Counted from the stretch's first letter, positions 51,341 through 61,128 are shown. The stretch: DNA of 64,000 nt from Trueperaceae bacterium (GCA_965214405.1 OZ243956.1:4160001-4224000), one strand, 5' to 3'. Notes: generated from the letters alone by a model not told the origin. Made by a program: numbers and translations.

Positions 51341-51688
51341 ATGCCGTACACCGTCAACACCTCTGAAGCGTTCGAAGACTGGTTTACCAGCCAAGAGGAA
51401 GAGCTACAAAACAGAATTACTGCGATGGTTTCGCTCTTAGAAGAACAAGGCCCCCAACTCCGCCGCCCGTTCGCCGACACCTTGGAAGGCTCGAGCCTGA
51501 GTAACCTGAAAGAATTGAGGGTGCAGCACCGGGGCGACCCCTACCGCATCCTGTTTGCCTTCGACCCCAAACGCGAGGCGCTGCTGCTGATCGGCGGCAA
51601 TAAGGCCGGTGACAAGCGCTGGTACAAGAAGATGATACCGGTAGCCGAAGCGATCTTCGAGAAACACCTAGAAAGCTTAAAGGAGTAA
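51341..51688 (+). CDS. higB: RelE/HigB (Gp49-like) toxin
   Basis: FEDWF...L...GPQLRRPFADTL.GS...NLKELR...YRILFAFDP.R..LLLIGG.K. Confidence 0.85.
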   Translation: MPYTVNTSEAFEDWFTSQEEELQNRITAMVSLLEEQGPQLRRPFADTLEGSSLSNLKELRVQHRGDPYRILFAFDPKREALLLIGGNKAGDKRWYKKMIPVAEAIFEKHLESLKE

Positions 51689-51692
51689 AACA

Positions 51693-52031
51693 ATGGCAAA
51701 ACCTTTCAGCGACCTAACAAAGCACTTCAGCGAGGAGCGCAAAGCCAAGATCGAGAAAGAGAAGCAAATTCTCTTTCTGGAATATGACGTTATCTCTCAA
51801 CTGAGGAAAGATCAGGAGCTGACCCAGCAGGAATTAGCCGACATTTTAGAAATTCGGCAGGCGGCAATCTCTAAGATCGAGGCTCAGGATGACATTCTGG
51901 TCAGGACCCTTGAGAAGTACGTCAAAGCCTTAGGGGGTGAGCTTGAGATCACGGCGAGGTTCCCCGACAAGGTGGTCTCGCTGAAACAGTTTACTGACCG
52001 TCTGCACCGAGAAGAGGTGCGGGTCCACTAG
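51693..52031 (+). CDS. higA: XRE/HigA antitoxin
   Basis: LRKDQELTQQELA..L.I.Q.AISKIE...TL.KYV.ALGGEL; downstream of the toxin. Confidence 0.85.
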   Translation: MAKPFSDLTKHFSEERKAKIEKEKQILFLEYDVISQLRKDQELTQQELADILEIRQAAISKIEAQDDILVRTLEKYVKALGGELEITARFPDKVVSLKQFTDRLHREEVRVH

Positions 52032-52807
52032 CGGGCGTCAGCCCTGTCACGGTTCAAAGAAGTGCTGGTAAGTGATAGGCGCGAGCTACATTAAAGGCCC
52101 ACGGCGACCCCGAAAACCATGTACCTGAAGACATTATCATAGACGTTATAGATGCGCTCCTCGAGACTTACGCAATTGTGCAGCGGGACGAAGCGCTTTG
52201 AAACGCGGTGCTGCGTGAAAGGGTTCAAAAGGGCACTGACCGTGGACGTACAGAAGCTCACGACCGCAAAGCGAAACGCTCGACGCCTCTGTGGGGGGAG
52301 GGTCGAAGAAACGCTTTCGCTTGAGCTGCGGGTGGTATTTGCCGAGATCGGCCAGCGTCTGCCGGAGGTCTGGTCGACGGAGGCACTTTCACTTTCGTTC
52401 AATCTTCCCACGCTTCCCCTAGTCCGTGACCGACTTGAGGCTGTGGGCCACCGGAACGTTGTCCCCGGAGCTTCGCACCTTGAACCGCTTCGCAGCACGT
52501 CCAGATAGGGGCATCTGGGTATCACAGAGTCTGTGTGAGCAGTATGCCCTTCTGACTTTCTCGGTCGCAGCCGTCAAAGACGGCGGGTTTCCACGAGGAA
52601 CTATATGGGTGACGACATACTGATCTACTGCATAAAGGTCGGGCGAGTTTTGAGATGACCTCCTAGTCAAAAAGCATCTACAGAGACAAGACTTCATCAT
52701 ATTGAAACCGTTCTAGTTAAGTTAAAATAGACGCATCTTTAAACGCTCCGTGACACTATCTAAGACTTAGGTCATGGCACTAGCCAAGTAAGAAAGGACT
52801 ATGGATC

Positions 52808-54064
52808 ATGCCAAGGAAGCGCGCCAATGGCGAGGGCACCATCATCAAGCGCACGGTCAAGCGTAAAGACGGCACCACCTATCCACGCTTTCATGCACGC
52901 GTCACCCTGAACATTAGCGGTGAGAAGCAGACCCAGCAAGATGGCCCCTGGCGCGAGAAGCAGATGGAGGCCAAACACGACCTTACCCGGCTACTCCGCG
53001 AGGCGCAAAGCGGCGGACTAAAGGGTGAGGCGAGCCAAACGCTTCGAACTTACCTTGAAAGCTGGCTCGAGCGCGGTGCCAAGAGCAAGAAATTCCGCAC
53101 CTACCAGACCTACGAGCAAGACCTGCGAAACCACGTCCTCCCGAGGCTCGGCCACTTGCCCCTTCATAAGATCACCAAGCTTGATATTCAAAATATGGTC
53201 GACGGCATCTACGCCGACCAGAGACAGAAAGGTAAAAAGGGGGAGGCCGTCACCCGCAAGGCCAGGGCGGCGCTGCGGAAGGCGCTTGAGGACGCTATTG
53301 CGCTCGAGATCCTGCCCCCGAACACGCGCAACCCTTGCGAAAAGGTGGAGATACCCTCTGAGCCCGTTTCGGAGATCACCATCTGGACAAACGAGCAGTC
53401 TAACCAGTTTATGATCGAGGCGAAGCGCCACCGCATCTACCCAATCATCTACACCGCGTTCACCAGCGGCATGCGTGAGGGCGAACTGTGCGGCCTCAAG
53501 TGGGACGACCTGGACATCGTTCAGGACGAGGAGACGCCCGAGCGGTTGCTCCTGCTGATTCAGATCCGCCGCTCACTCGTGGTGGTGCCTAAGCGGTATC
53601 AGGCGGTAGCCAGAGCGGGCAACATGGAGCACGTTGTAGGCCGCTACTACTTCGACGTGCCTAAGACAAAGAAGAGCAAGAGTTCGGTGCTCGTTGGGCA
53701 CGACACGCTTCAGCTACTTACCGAGCATCGGCAGAAGCAGCAAGAACGCAAGGCTAAGTTGGATGACCGTTGGCACGACTTTGGCTTGGTCTTCCCGGCC
53801 AGTAATGGCGCGCCGCAGAGCCCTGATAACTTGCTCCGGGACTACTACAAAATCATCGACAAAGCAGGGGTGCCTAGGCTCACCTTCCATGATCTCAGAG
53901 ATACCCACGCCTCCCGTCTCCTAGCCGCTGGTAAGGACATTGGGGTGGTGAGCGAGCGTCTCAGGCATTCGCGCAAAAGTACGACCTTGGACCGCTACGC
54001 GCACGTGCTCGAGTCGAGGCGCCGGGAGGGAGCGATGAGCCTGACGGAGATGTTCGATATATGA
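52808..54064 (+). CDS. int: Tyrosine integrase (phage type)
   Basis: RANGEGTI N-terminus; SGMREGEL (R), PKTK (K), FHDLRDT (HxxR), LRHS (H), DRYAH (Y), all intact. Confidence 0.93.
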   Translation: MPRKRANGEGTIIKRTVKRKDGTTYPRFHARVTLNISGEKQTQQDGPWREKQMEAKHDLTRLLREAQSGGLKGEASQTLRTYLESWLERGAKSKKFRTYQTYEQDLRNHVLPRLGHLPLHKITKLDIQNMVDGIYADQRQKGKKGEAVTRKARAALRKALEDAIALEILPPNTRNPCEKVEIPSEPVSEITIWTNEQSNQFMIEAKRHRIYPIIYTAFTSGMREGELCGLKWDDLDIVQDEETPERLLLLIQIRRSLVVVPKRYQAVARAGNMEHVVGRYYFDVPKTKKSKSSVLVGHDTLQLLTEHRQKQQERKAKLDDRWHDFGLVFPASNGAPQSPDNLLRDYYKIIDKAGVPRLTFHDLRDTHASRLLAAGKDIGVVSERLRHSRKSTTLDRYAHVLESRRREGAMSLTEMFDI

Positions 54065-54092
54065 GCCGTTTTTCGCTCACGTCTCCTTGCGG

Positions 54093-54114
54093 TTCACACT
54101 TATTTCACACTTAC
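54093..54114 (+). repeat. Putative integrase arm-type sites (right), tandem TTCACACTTA(T/C)
   Basis: Matches the tandem motif at 16923-16945. Confidence 0.7.
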
Positions 54115-54219
54115 GCGGTGCTGGAAGTATCTTATTCCTTGATAGGCAAATAGAAAGAAAAACCGTGCAGGACGTACTCCTGATAGACTTTTACAAACTT
54201 GAGAATAGCTTTAAGCGAA

Positions 54220-54264
54220 CTCCAAAACCGTAGGTCGAGGGTTCAAGTCCTTCTGCGCCCGCCA
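54220..54264 (+). repeat. att site: 45-bp duplicate of the tRNA-Trp 3' end
   Basis: CTCCAAAACCGTAGGTCGAGGGTTCAAGTCCTTCTGCGCCCGCCA, identical to 16813-16857. Confidence 0.97.
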
Positions 54265-54287
54265 CAAGAAACACTGTGTAGAACGAG

Positions 54288-54322
54288 ACAGTGCTCAATC
54301 TTGAGTCAAGATTGAGCACTGT
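54288..54322 (+). terminator. 17-bp inverted repeat, probable native tRNA-Trp terminator
   Basis: ACAGTGCTCAATCTTGA-G-TCAAGATTGAGCACTGT followed by TTCTT. Confidence 0.65.
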
Positions 54323-54768
54323 TTCTTGGCTCCTCCTACGCCCCTACTGTGGTCAACAAGAAGCGCCGCATCCGCTCACTTCAGTCCTCGAGCGCGTGCC
54401 ATTTTATCCAACTGCCCAACCAAGAGCCATAAATGGCTCGTCACAATCGGTCGCTCTGAGCGTACTTCTGTTCGAACAGTTCATGACCTTTCAACTGGCA
54501 GTTGGTATTATCATCAAACGTTACTAGGGTGCGTAGACAAAGGGTTTTGATGACTATAGCCGAACGATAGCCGACCCGTCTCTTTGCTTTACCTCCTTCT
54601 AAACTTTTATCATGAGCAACATAAAGTCACGTCTCTGAACGCTCCCGAAGAGACGTGCTGAAAAAAGCCCGACCTCCTTCCGAAAAGTTTTTAGATCTCA
54701 AATTCAAAGATTGGAAATGAGCACTCTCTACACGACCCTCGAGCCCAAAAGCCGCTACACTCGTCTCT

Positions 54769-56601
54769 ATGGCGCGACCAAGCCTCAACTTACAAACGCT
54801 CCGCGAGAAGTTTTCCTCGCACATTTTTGAGCGGGGCGGGCGGTACCAACAAAGCGGCGAGGTGCTCGACCTCACCCTGCGAGGCCGTACGGTGCTGGCG
54901 GGCGTGCAGGGCAGCGACGACGAGCCCTACCGCGTCACGCTCGAGCTGTCCGAAGACGACCTGCTGCGCGCTGCATGTTCTTGCCCCTACGAAGACAACT
55001 TCGGGGGCTGGTGCAAACATATCGCGGCGGTGGCGCTCGAGTATATTCACCGGCCCGATATGGTGATCACCGAGGCGAGCGTTGCCGAGTTGCTCAGGCC
55101 CCTGGACGCAGCGACCCTGCGCGGCGCGCTGTCGCACCTCTTGGAGCTTTACCCCGAGGCCACAAGCAAGCTCGAGCTGTACTTACAGAAAACAGCTCTG
55201 AGAGAGGCGAGCGTGGGTGCGGCAGGACCCCGCGCAAAGGACGAAACGGCCGACGGTCAACCCGCCACGCTCGACACCCGCTTGTTCGAGAAGATGATGC
55301 AAAGCGCGGTGCGCGGCGCACGTCACGACTGGGACGGGTTTCCCGGATATGATGAAGTGTACGAGGTTATAGGGGAAATCGAACCCTTTTTAGAACGGGG
55401 GGCCTACCAGGACGCGCTCACGCTGACTGAAGCGCTGGTACGCACCTTTATCGAAGAGGTAGACGGCAGCGAACTCAATGAGGACGGCAACATCGGCTTT
55501 AGTGACGAAGGGCTGTTCCTAGACTTCGACACTCATTTTGCCGAAGCCGTGCTGGGTTCGGCTTTGGGTGAGGGCGAACGCAAACGTTTACTGCGCGAGG
55601 TTTTGGCCTGGCACGACCGCATCGCCAACGACTGGACGAGTCCGGACCTCAACATGACGGCGCACGCGCTGGCCGAAGGGTTGCCAAACCGCGATGAAGA
55701 GACCGAGGAACTGCTCAGCGAAGTGGCGGGGCTCGAGCTTTACGGCGGCAATTACGCCCAGATTCGCCTGCGGGTGCTGCGGGCTACGGGTCAGAACGAC
55801 GAAGCCCTCGCCTTTGCCAAGGCGACGGAGCAGGGCGCGACTTACCTGGCCGTCCTTGTGGACCAGGGCGAGCTCCGGAGCGTCATGGAGGAATACCGGG
55901 ACCACATAAAAGATGAACAAGGCACGCTGAACGTCGCCGAACGCCTCGCCGCCGACCATCCTGAAGAGGCTTTGGAAGTGGCCCGGCACGGTTTGGCGCG
56001 AGGGGCTCGAGCCGCTCCGGAAGACGGCTACCGGTCCACGGGCGAGCGACTCGCCCTCGCCACCTTTACCAAGGCGTTGGCCCTTCGTTTGGCTCAACCT
56101 GAGGCTGCTTTAGACGCAAGTTTGGTTGAGTTTGGGCTCGAGCCCAGCCTGGCGCGCTACCGGGCGCTGCGAGACCTGGTGGGCGAGGTCAAAGGCAGCG
56201 ACTGGCCGACCGTGCGGGCCGAGGTGCTTGCCGGGTTACGGCAGTCAAGCTACCCGAACCACCACGCGGCGGCGGACATCTTTTTAGCCGAAGCCCTGCC
56301 CGATGACGCCGTCGCCATTGCCGCGACCTTCCCTGGCGCTGGCGGCCTGCTGCGTAAAGTGATGACGGCGGTCATGGACACGCACGCGCAGTGGGTTGTC
56401 GACGCGGCTCGAGAGCGAGCCGAGCCCATCATGGACGAGGGTAGGTCGGACAAGTACGACCGCGCTGCCACGTGGTTGGGCTACGTTAAACAAGCTTACG
56501 GGGCCAGCGGGCGGGACGCGCAGTGGCAGGCCTATATAGCGGAGGTGCGTGAAACGCACGGGCGCAAGTACAAGCTGATGAGGGAACTGAAGTCCCTATG
56601 A
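54769..56601 (+). CDS. SWIM zinc finger protein
   Basis: FERG..Y...V.GS...Y.V...CSCPY.....CKHIAAV; C-terminal Y..A..WL...H.RK..LM. Confidence 0.85.
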   Translation: MARPSLNLQTLREKFSSHIFERGGRYQQSGEVLDLTLRGRTVLAGVQGSDDEPYRVTLELSEDDLLRAACSCPYEDNFGGWCKHIAAVALEYIHRPDMVITEASVAELLRPLDAATLRGALSHLLELYPEATSKLELYLQKTALREASVGAAGPRAKDETADGQPATLDTRLFEKMMQSAVRGARHDWDGFPGYDEVYEVIGEIEPFLERGAYQDALTLTEALVRTFIEEVDGSELNEDGNIGFSDEGLFLDFDTHFAEAVLGSALGEGERKRLLREVLAWHDRIANDWTSPDLNMTAHALAEGLPNRDEETEELLSEVAGLELYGGNYAQIRLRVLRATGQNDEALAFAKATEQGATYLAVLVDQGELRSVMEEYRDHIKDEQGTLNVAERLAADHPEEALEVARHGLARGARAAPEDGYRSTGERLALATFTKALALRLAQPEAALDASLVEFGLEPSLARYRALRDLVGEVKGSDWPTVRAEVLAGLRQSSYPNHHAAADIFLAEALPDDAVAIAATFPGAGGLLRKVMTAVMDTHAQWVVDAARERAEPIMDEGRSDKYDRAATWLGYVKQAYGASGRDAQWQAYIAEVRETHGRKYKLMRELKSL

Positions 56602-56659
56602 AGCTCTAAGAATTCGGGAAAGGTCCGCTAGAAAGGTTCAGGCCATACCCAAAACCCCG

Positions 56660-57724
56660 CTACACCATCACGATACAAACCGGCGTCCCCAGCTCGAGCC
56701 GCCTCCCGGTGGGCTCGAGCTTACCCGAACCGGCGTCCAGCCGGTAAGACAGCAGCGCATTCGTTTGCTGGTTGGCGGCAACCAAAAGGCTGGCCGTCGG
56801 GTCGAGCGCGAAGTCTCGGGGAATCTTGCCGCCCGTGGACACGTGTTGTAGGGGGGTCAAGCGGGCTGCCGCTTCATCAAAAGCAAATACGGCGATACTG
56901 TCGTGCCCCCGGTTGGACGCGTAAAGAAACCTGCCGGACGGGTGAATGCGAATGGCCGCGGCGGTGGTTTCTCCCGTAAATTCGGGCAACGTAGACACCG
57001 TGTCGAGCAGCTCGAGCCCGCCCTCTTGGTGACGAAACACGCTCACGGTCGAGTCGAGTTCGTTGAGCACAAAAACGTACGCGCCGCTCGGGTGAAAAAC
57101 CAGGTGGCGAGGGCCTGCGCCGGGGGGCGTGCTGGCGCTCTGTAGGGGCTCGAGCGTCGCCGCTTGCTCGTTCAGACGGTACGTCTTGACTTCGTCCAGC
57201 CCCAGGTCGGCCACAAAAAGCGTGTTGCCGTCCGGACCAAAGACCGTCACGTGGGCGTGGGGTCCCTCTTGTCTGGTGGGGTGTACGCTGCTGCCCTCGT
57301 GCTGCACGCTGTCCGTTTCTGCGCCCAAACTGCCGTCTTCGTTCACGGGAAAGAGCGCCACGTTGCCCGAGCCGTAGTTCGCCACCGCCAGAAACTTTTC
57401 GCTCCCGTTCAGGGCCAAGTGACAGGGACCCTCCCCGGTCATCCCCCGGGTATTCACATGCGCCAGGCTAGCGTCATCGTTGACGGCAAACGCCGATACG
57501 GACGGGTTGTTCGCGCGGCTCGTTTCGTGAACGGCGTAAAGGTGCGTTCCGGCCCGGTTGAGCGTGAGATAGGTGGGATTCACGACATCCTCAAACACGC
57601 CCAGAAGCTCCATGTTTCCTGTTTCGGGCTCGAGCCTGCACGTATAAATCCCTTTACCTGTCGCCTTGTACGTCCCAAAATCCGCGTTCGTGTAAGACCC
57701 AACGTAAAAATGGCTCATCATCAC
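56660..57724 (-). CDS. Lactonase, 7-bladed beta-propeller (Pgl family)
   Basis: YVGSYT, GPCHL, ANYGSG, RQEGPHAH, GAGPRHL, YASNRGHDSI, PRDF. Confidence 0.9.
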   Translation of the reverse strand: MMMSHFYVGSYTNADFGTYKATGKGIYTCRLEPETGNMELLGVFEDVVNPTYLTLNRAGTHLYAVHETSRANNPSVSAFAVNDDASLAHVNTRGMTGEGPCHLALNGSEKFLAVANYGSGNVALFPVNEDGSLGAETDSVQHEGSSVHPTRQEGPHAHVTVFGPDGNTLFVADLGLDEVKTYRLNEQAATLEPLQSASTPPGAGPRHLVFHPSGAYVFVLNELDSTVSVFRHQEGGLELLDTVSTLPEFTGETTAAAIRIHPSGRFLYASNRGHDSIAVFAFDEAAARLTPLQHVSTGGKIPRDFALDPTASLLVAANQQTNALLSYRLDAGSGKLEPTGRRLELGTPVCIVMV

Positions 57725-57846
57725 TCCGTTCGTTACTTTCTTTACTGCACTCTAACCAGAACTCGAGCTGCGGCGCGTTGGTTCGGATAGCGTCACCTGG
57801 TGAACCTGTTTAACCGCCCATTCGAATACGGTACACTAAGCACCCG

Positions 57847-58599
57847 ATGACACCCAAACCCAAAGTCCTCATCACAGGCGCGGCGGGCCGCATCGGGCAG
57901 TACCTCGTCGCGCACTGGCGCGAGCGTTACGACCTCGTCTTGACCGACCAGCGCACGCCCGACGTGACCCACGGCTTCCCCTTTGCGCGCGCTCACTTGG
58001 CCCGGCTGGATGAGCTCGAGCCGCTTTTTACCGGTGTTCACACGGTGATTCATCTGGGGGCCGACTCCAGCGTCAGGGCGGAGTGGGAGAGTCTGTTAAG
58101 TAGCAACATCATCGGGGTTTACAACGTGCTCGAGTGTGCCCGGCAGGCCGGGTGTCGGCGCGTCGTCTTTGCGAGCAGCGTCAACGCGGTGAACGGCTAT
58201 CCCGCAGACGTGCAGGTCAATACAAATATGCCCGTCGCGCCGCCCAACCTCTACGGGGCCAGCAAAGCCTGGGGCGAGGCCGTGGGCCGTTTTTACGCCC
58301 AGCGGGGGCTGTCGGTTTTTTGTTTACGCATCGGCGCGCTGATGAAAAACGGGGACGAACGCCTCAAACCCGGCCAGCCGGACCTAGACATCGCGCTCAC
58401 CTACGGCGACCTCTCCCGCTTGTTCGACGCGTGCATGAATACGTCGTTGGAGGTGCGCTTCGGGATTTTCCACGGCATCTCGAACAACCGTTTCAAACGC
58501 CTGGACCTTACCGAAACGATTCGCGTCCTGGGCTACGCGCCGCAAGACGACGCCTTTGTGCTCGCGGGCGTGCTCGGCTCTGAAGGCCCCGAATCTTAA
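57847..58599 (+). CDS. NAD-dependent epimerase/dehydrogenase (uronate dehydrogenase-like)
   Basis: ITGAAGRIG, FASSVNAV, YGASKAWGE, CLRIG. Confidence 0.8.
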   Translation: MTPKPKVLITGAAGRIGQYLVAHWRERYDLVLTDQRTPDVTHGFPFARAHLARLDELEPLFTGVHTVIHLGADSSVRAEWESLLSSNIIGVYNVLECARQAGCRRVVFASSVNAVNGYPADVQVNTNMPVAPPNLYGASKAWGEAVGRFYAQRGLSVFCLRIGALMKNGDERLKPGQPDLDIALTYGDLSRLFDACMNTSLEVRFGIFHGISNNRFKRLDLTETIRVLGYAPQDDAFVLAGVLGSEGPES

Positions 58600-58629
58600 G
58601 GTACCCAACGCTTAGCAAAGGACCAGCCC

Positions 58630-59910
58630 ATGCCCATCACCATCAAAGACGTCAAGGTCATCACCACCCAATACAACAAACAGCGCCTGGTGATGGTCAA
58701 AGTCATGACCAGCGAGGACGGGCTCTACGGCCTCGGCTGCGCCACCTTTACCCAGCGCTTCCACGCGGTCGTGGCGGCGCTGGAGGGGCACATCATCCCG
58801 TTTGTTTTGGGGCGCGACGTGTCGCGGATTGAAGAGCTTTTTAACATGATGATGGTGAGCGGGTACTGGCGCAACGGACCCGTGCTGAATAACGCGATTT
58901 CGGGCATCGACACGGCGCTCTGGGACATCAAGGGCAAGCTCGCGGGGATGCCCGTTTACGACCTGCTGGGCGGCAAAAGCCGCGAGGCGGCGCACGTCTA
59001 CGTTCACGCCGACGGCAGAGACCCGCAAGAAGTGACCGAGAACGTCAGGGCCTTTCAGGAGGAGGGCTACCGCTACATCCGCGTTCAGATGGGCGGCTAC
59101 GGCGGCGCGACCAAGATGTCGGGGTTTGGGCTGGGGCAACAAAAGGCGACCGAGGCAACCGCCGTGACGAAGAATAAAGTCAACGCCAATCCGGTCAGGA
59201 TGATCTCGCCCGACAACGCGCCGCCGGGGGCTTACTTCGACCCCAGGGCCTACGCACGAAACATGCTCACCATGATGGAGCATGTAAGAAGCGAGGTCGG
59301 CGACGAGGTCGAACTCTTGCACGACGTTCACGAGCGCTTGGGGACCATTAACGCGGTGGGGTTCGCCAAAGACGTCGAGCCGTTTAAGCTCTTCTTCTTA
59401 GAAGACATCTTGGCTCCCGAAGACCTCGAGTGGTTCGGGCGCATCCGCCAACAAACCTCGACCGCCCTGGCGATGGGCGAACTCTTCAACCACCCGCGCG
59501 AGTGGCAGCCCCTCATCGCGGGCAAGCTCATCGACTTCATCCGGATGCACGTGAGCCAAATGGGCGGCATCACCCCCGCCAAACGTGTCGCCTCGTTCGC
59601 CAACCTCTACGGCGTCCGCACCGCCTGGCACGGCCCCGCCGACACCTCGCCCGTGGGTCACGCGGCCAACTTGCACCTAGACGTGTGGGCACCCAACTTC
59701 GGCGTGCAGGAGTGGTGCCGCTTTAACGACCAAGCCTATGACACCTTCCCCGGTTTGCCCGAAGTGAGAAACGGTTACTTGTACCCCAACGACAAACCCG
59801 GCTTGGGGATTGACATTGACGAAAAGCTGGCCGCCAAGTATCCGTGTGAAGACTTTGTGGAGGAGTGGACGCAGACGAGGTTGCCCGACGGGAGTCCGGC
59901 TAGGCCGTGA
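58630..59910 (+). CDS. Enolase-superfamily sugar-acid dehydratase (RspA/ManD-like)
   Basis: YWRNGPVLNNAISG.D.ALWDIKGK, LLHDVHERL, FFLED, MGELF, WHGP.D.SP, D.PGLG. Confidence 0.88.
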   Translation: MPITIKDVKVITTQYNKQRLVMVKVMTSEDGLYGLGCATFTQRFHAVVAALEGHIIPFVLGRDVSRIEELFNMMMVSGYWRNGPVLNNAISGIDTALWDIKGKLAGMPVYDLLGGKSREAAHVYVHADGRDPQEVTENVRAFQEEGYRYIRVQMGGYGGATKMSGFGLGQQKATEATAVTKNKVNANPVRMISPDNAPPGAYFDPRAYARNMLTMMEHVRSEVGDEVELLHDVHERLGTINAVGFAKDVEPFKLFFLEDILAPEDLEWFGRIRQQTSTALAMGELFNHPREWQPLIAGKLIDFIRMHVSQMGGITPAKRVASFANLYGVRTAWHGPADTSPVGHAANLHLDVWAPNFGVQEWCRFNDQAYDTFPGLPEVRNGYLYPNDKPGLGIDIDEKLAAKYPCEDFVEEWTQTRLPDGSPARP

Positions 59911-59975
59911 CAGCCTCGAGAGCGAAGGCCGTCCTACGACGCCGGGGCGCGTGATTCTCGGCTATACTATCGCTC

Positions 59976-60188
59976 ATGAGCAAAACCGTGCCTTACCGAG
60001 ATGTTGAGCGCGTGCTGATTACCCGACTCGAGGATATCCCCGACTTTGGCAGCATGAGCCGTGAGGAAGAGGCCGAATGGTGGGAGCGTCATGACGTAGC
60101 GACTGACCTCATGGAAACCGGGCCGGACGTGTACGAGGAAGTTTACTTGGTGTTGGGGCTCGAGCATCCTAAGCGCCCCAAAAAATGA
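59976..60188 (+). CDS. Orphan CopG/BrnA-like antitoxin N-terminal-type protein
   Basis: IPDF.S..EEAEWWERHD motif; TATACT-N7-ATG leaderless start; no adjacent cognate toxin. Confidence 0.65.
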   Translation: MSKTVPYRDVERVLITRLEDIPDFGSMSREEEAEWWERHDVATDLMETGPDVYEEVYLVLGLEHPKRPKK

Positions 60189-60212
60189 AGGGCGTGAGCA
60201 GGTTTTAGCACC

Positions 60213-60314
60213 GTTTCAATCCTCTACGAGGTTAACTAATTTTGCAACTCTTGCCCCCGGACGACGCCTCGTTCGACAAAAACGTTTCAATCCTCTACGA
60301 GGTTAGCTGGTTTT
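60213..60314 (-). CRISPR. Trailer mini-array: repeat 60213-60248, 35-bp spacer, degenerate repeat 60284-60314
   Basis: GTTTCAATCCTCTACGAGGTTAACTAATTTTGCAAC, then GTTTCAATCCTCTACGAGGTTAGCTGGTTTT running into the hicB stop. Confidence 0.9.
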
Positions 60315-60681
60315 AGTGCGACAGCTTACTCACAACCAGCATGTTGAGACTCACCCCCTCGCGTTCGGCCTCCTCACTGAGCGCCCGGTGCAGGCTCTTG
60401 GGCAGACGCACCTGAAAGCGCCCGCTGTAGGCGTTCGTACGGCTACCCGGCTCGGGGATTTTGTCGCCGTGCTCCAACATGACCTCCAAGACGAGGCGCT
60501 TAACGACGGCAAGTTCGCTCAGCGCCGCTTCGATGGTGGGGCCGTCGGCGTGGACGGCGGCTCTACCAAAGTCGGGCAGGCGGGCGTAATAGCCGCCGTC
60601 CGAGTGCTCCATCGGGCGGATCTCTACGGGGTAGTCGAGCGCCATGTAGTGCTCGAGGGTTTGGTTGCGGTCCTGAATCAT
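60313..60681 (-). CDS. hicB: HicB antitoxin (RHH C-terminus)
   Basis: YM.LDYPVEI...GGYYA..PD......DG.T.E.AL...IPEP....YSGRF.VRLPKSLH..L...A..EGVSLN. Confidence 0.9.
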   Translation of the reverse strand: MIQDRNQTLEHYMALDYPVEIRPMEHSDGGYYARLPDFGRAAVHADGPTIEAALSELAVVKRLVLEVMLEHGDKIPEPGSRTNAYSGRFQVRLPKSLHRALSEEAEREGVSLNMLVVSKLSH

Positions 60682-60690
60682 ACGCGCTCC

Positions 60691-60921
60691 TTAGAGGTCG
60701 AGTTCGGCGGCAATTTCTTTGAGGTAGCCCCTCTTGACCTCTCTACCGCCAACCGTGGGGACGGTGATGGGGTCGGCTCCCGCTTTGGTGAAGATGTGGT
60801 GCGAACCTGCCGTACGGGTTTCCTCATAGCCGCGAGCGTTAAGTACCTTCTCAACGTCGCTAAAGCGCATGGTGTTGGGAAAGCGCAGGAGCTTGGCGAT
60901 GAGTTTGTCCATGCGGCTCAT
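60691..60921 (-). CDS. hicA: HicA mRNA interferase toxin
   Basis: RFSDV.KVL...GY...R..GSHHIF.K......TVP......VK..Y; TATCAT-N6-ATG leaderless start. Confidence 0.88.
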   Translation of the reverse strand: MSRMDKLIAKLLRFPNTMRFSDVEKVLNARGYEETRTAGSHHIFTKAGADPITVPTVGGREVKRGYLKEIAAELDL

Positions 60922-60997
60922 GTCTATATGATACTGCATGTAGTGTCATGTGGGGGTGTGGGGGTCACTCGAGATGGCTGAACAGTTAAATCTCGGC

Positions 60998-61033
60998 GTT
61001 TCAATCCTCTACGAGGTTAACTGATTTTGCAAC
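60998..61033 (-). CRISPR. Isolated full CRISPR repeat between gene-sized inserts
   Basis: GTTTCAATCCTCTACGAGGTTAACTGATTTTGCAAC. Confidence 0.95.
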
Positions 61034-61128
61034 TCACCCGCCGCCGCCGCTTCCGCATTGGCACGCTGCACCTCGGAGCGGGGGATGGTGACTTGATACG
61101 CGATGGTGCCGCCGATGATGGTAGCCAC
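61009..61128 (-). pseudogene. Truncated ORF cut at the repeat (MATIIGGTIAYQVTIPRSEVQRANAEAAAAG + 8 repeat-derived residues)
   Basis: GAGGAGG RBS + GTG at 61128; runs into the repeat and stops inside it; preceded on this strand by a hairpin-polyT terminator (61148-61178). Confidence 0.5.

Noticed and set aside
52140..52360. Possible Uma2 endonuclease remnant
   Set aside because: Only a vague resemblance across broken frames; cannot be supported without a search.
54220..54264. Second tRNA-Trp
   Set aside because: Only the 3' 45 nt; no D-arm or 5' acceptor strand. It is the att duplicate.
54769..59910. cas genes next to the array
   Set aside because: These ORFs carry SWIM, lactonase, SDR and enolase motifs; no Cas1/2/3/5/6/7 signature was seen anywhere in the window.
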